Shown in pieces: positions 5,181 through 5,453 of a stretch of DNA of 5,453 nucleotides. Every line of letters starts with the position of its first letter. Within the stretch, counting starts at the first letter, position 1. The notes under the pieces were generated by a model that was not told where the DNA came from, did not search any database, and worked only from the letters and a program-made list of their open reading frames with translations. Position numbers and translations under genes: made by a program. The DNA comes from a virus: IMG/VR virus record IMGVR_UViG_3300045988_005327, one strand, 5' to 3'.

Positions 5181-5190
5181 CAACAAGTTA
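5181..5190 (+). repeat. Copy 2 of the exact 10-mer CAACAAGTTA, followed by a very AT-rich tract
   Basis: Identical to 5072-5081. The context is CAACAAGTTAATAATAAAAATGATAATAAT. Confidence 0.9.
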
Positions 5191-5212
5191 ATAATAAAAA
5201 TGATAATAATAT

Positions 5213-5252
5213 CATGCGCGTGTGCGCGCGATTACGTGTGCGCGCGTGCATG
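5213..5252. repeat. Two 18-nt perfectly alternating pyrimidine-purine GC-rich blocks around an ATTA centre, containing a 12-nt direct repeat
   Basis: The blocks are CATGCGCGTGTGCGCGCG (5213-5230) and CGTGTGCGCGCGTGCATG (5235-5252). CGTGTGCGCGCG occurs at 5219-5230 and 5235-5246. The blocks are imperfectly inverse-complementary: 13 Watson-Crick pairs, and the 5 exceptions are all G-T. Confidence 0.9.
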
Positions 5253-5257
5253 TCATT

Positions 5258-5309
5258 ATAAAATAAAATACTCAGCCAAGTACCTTACTTGATAGTTACT
5301 TGGCTGAGT
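5258..5309 (-). terminator. Rho-independent terminator downstream of VP4 (across the circular junction)
   Basis: A perfect 13-bp stem pairs ACTCAGCCAAGTA (5270-5282) with 5297-5309 around a 14-nt loop. On the minus strand it is followed by ATTTTATTTTAT. The stem begins 12 nt after the VP4 stop, counting across the 1/5312 join. Confidence 0.8.
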
Positions 5310-5312
5310 GAC

Positions 5313-5453
5313 ACCAAAGTGTCAAAATAATCCTTTGGCTTTGCTCATCTTCTTAGACATGGACGCTTCTTTGTCTTTTAACTGTTCTGCGTATGGTTTA
5401 TCGGTTTCCGCGTTTCTTTCGATTAAGGACGCTATAGCTTTTTCTTGTCGATA
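5313..5453. repeat. Terminal redundancy (right copy); repeats the 3' end of VP4 (5322-5453) and is not a second gene
   Basis: Exact copy of 1-141. Confidence 0.97.

Larger units (their letters stand above)
1..5312 (-). mobile_element. One complete unit of a circular Microviridae (Gokushovirinae-like) ssDNA phage genome, with all genes on the window minus strand
   Basis: Full microvirus gene set (VP1, VP2, VP3, VP4, VP5-like, small basic protein) on one strand. The exact 141-nt end overlap defines a 5,312-nt circle. The compact overlapping gene layout is typical of the family. Confidence 0.9.

Noticed and set aside
5165-5185. Trinucleotide-periodic stretch CTACTACTACGACTACAACAAG
   Set aside because: It has only about 3 perfect TAC units and is too short to call a microsatellite. 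No function is evident beyond lying upstream of the 10-mer repeat.
5195-5262. dif-like XerC/XerD site (28-bp pattern GGTGCGCATAA-TGTATA-TTATGTTAAAT)
   Set aside because: The best hand alignment (CACGCGCATGA-TATTAT-TATCATTTTTA, minus strand) gives about 7 of 11 matches in one arm and a poor second arm. That is too weak to call without the host dif sequence. It is kept only as one hypothesis in the dyad finding.
5322-5453. Apparent truncated second copy of the VP4 3' end
   Set aside because: It is part of the exact 141-nt terminal redundancy of a circular assembly, not a pseudogene or duplication.

Overview
The window is one complete circular ssDNA phage genome of the family Microviridae, Gokushovirinae-like. 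The unit length is 5,312 nt. Bases 1-141 are repeated exactly at 5313-5453, which is the overlap expected from assembling a circle, not a biological repeat. All credible genes lie on the minus strand and form one tightly coupled block. From high to low coordinates the layout is: sigma70-type promoter (4859-4887), possible short leader ORF, 73-aa hypothetical protein, an untracked 39-aa highly basic J/ORF8-like protein, VP5-like protein, VP3 internal scaffold, VP1 major capsid, hairpin attenuator, VP2 pilot/minor capsid, VP4 rolling-circle replication initiator, and a strong intrinsic terminator (5258-5309). Every gene has a clear Shine-Dalgarno sequence, which argues against an SD-poor host such as Bacteroidetes. 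The plus-strand ORFs and the Arg-rich alternate-frame minus-strand ORFs in the track look like shadow ORFs. The most unusual part is the non-coding region of about 525 nt (4797-5321, roughly 10% of the genome), which is long for a microvirus. It holds a helically phased array of TTTYCMACA-type iterons with one perfect DnaA box (TTATCCACA). It also holds a hairpin carrying a DnaA-box-like 9-mer, an exact 10-mer repeat with a phiX174-nick-site-like AACTTG core, and a dyad of two alternating purine-pyrimidine GC-rich blocks set in very AT-rich DNA. I read these as candidate replication-origin, host-factor-recruitment or recombination elements. No function can be proven from sequence alone.
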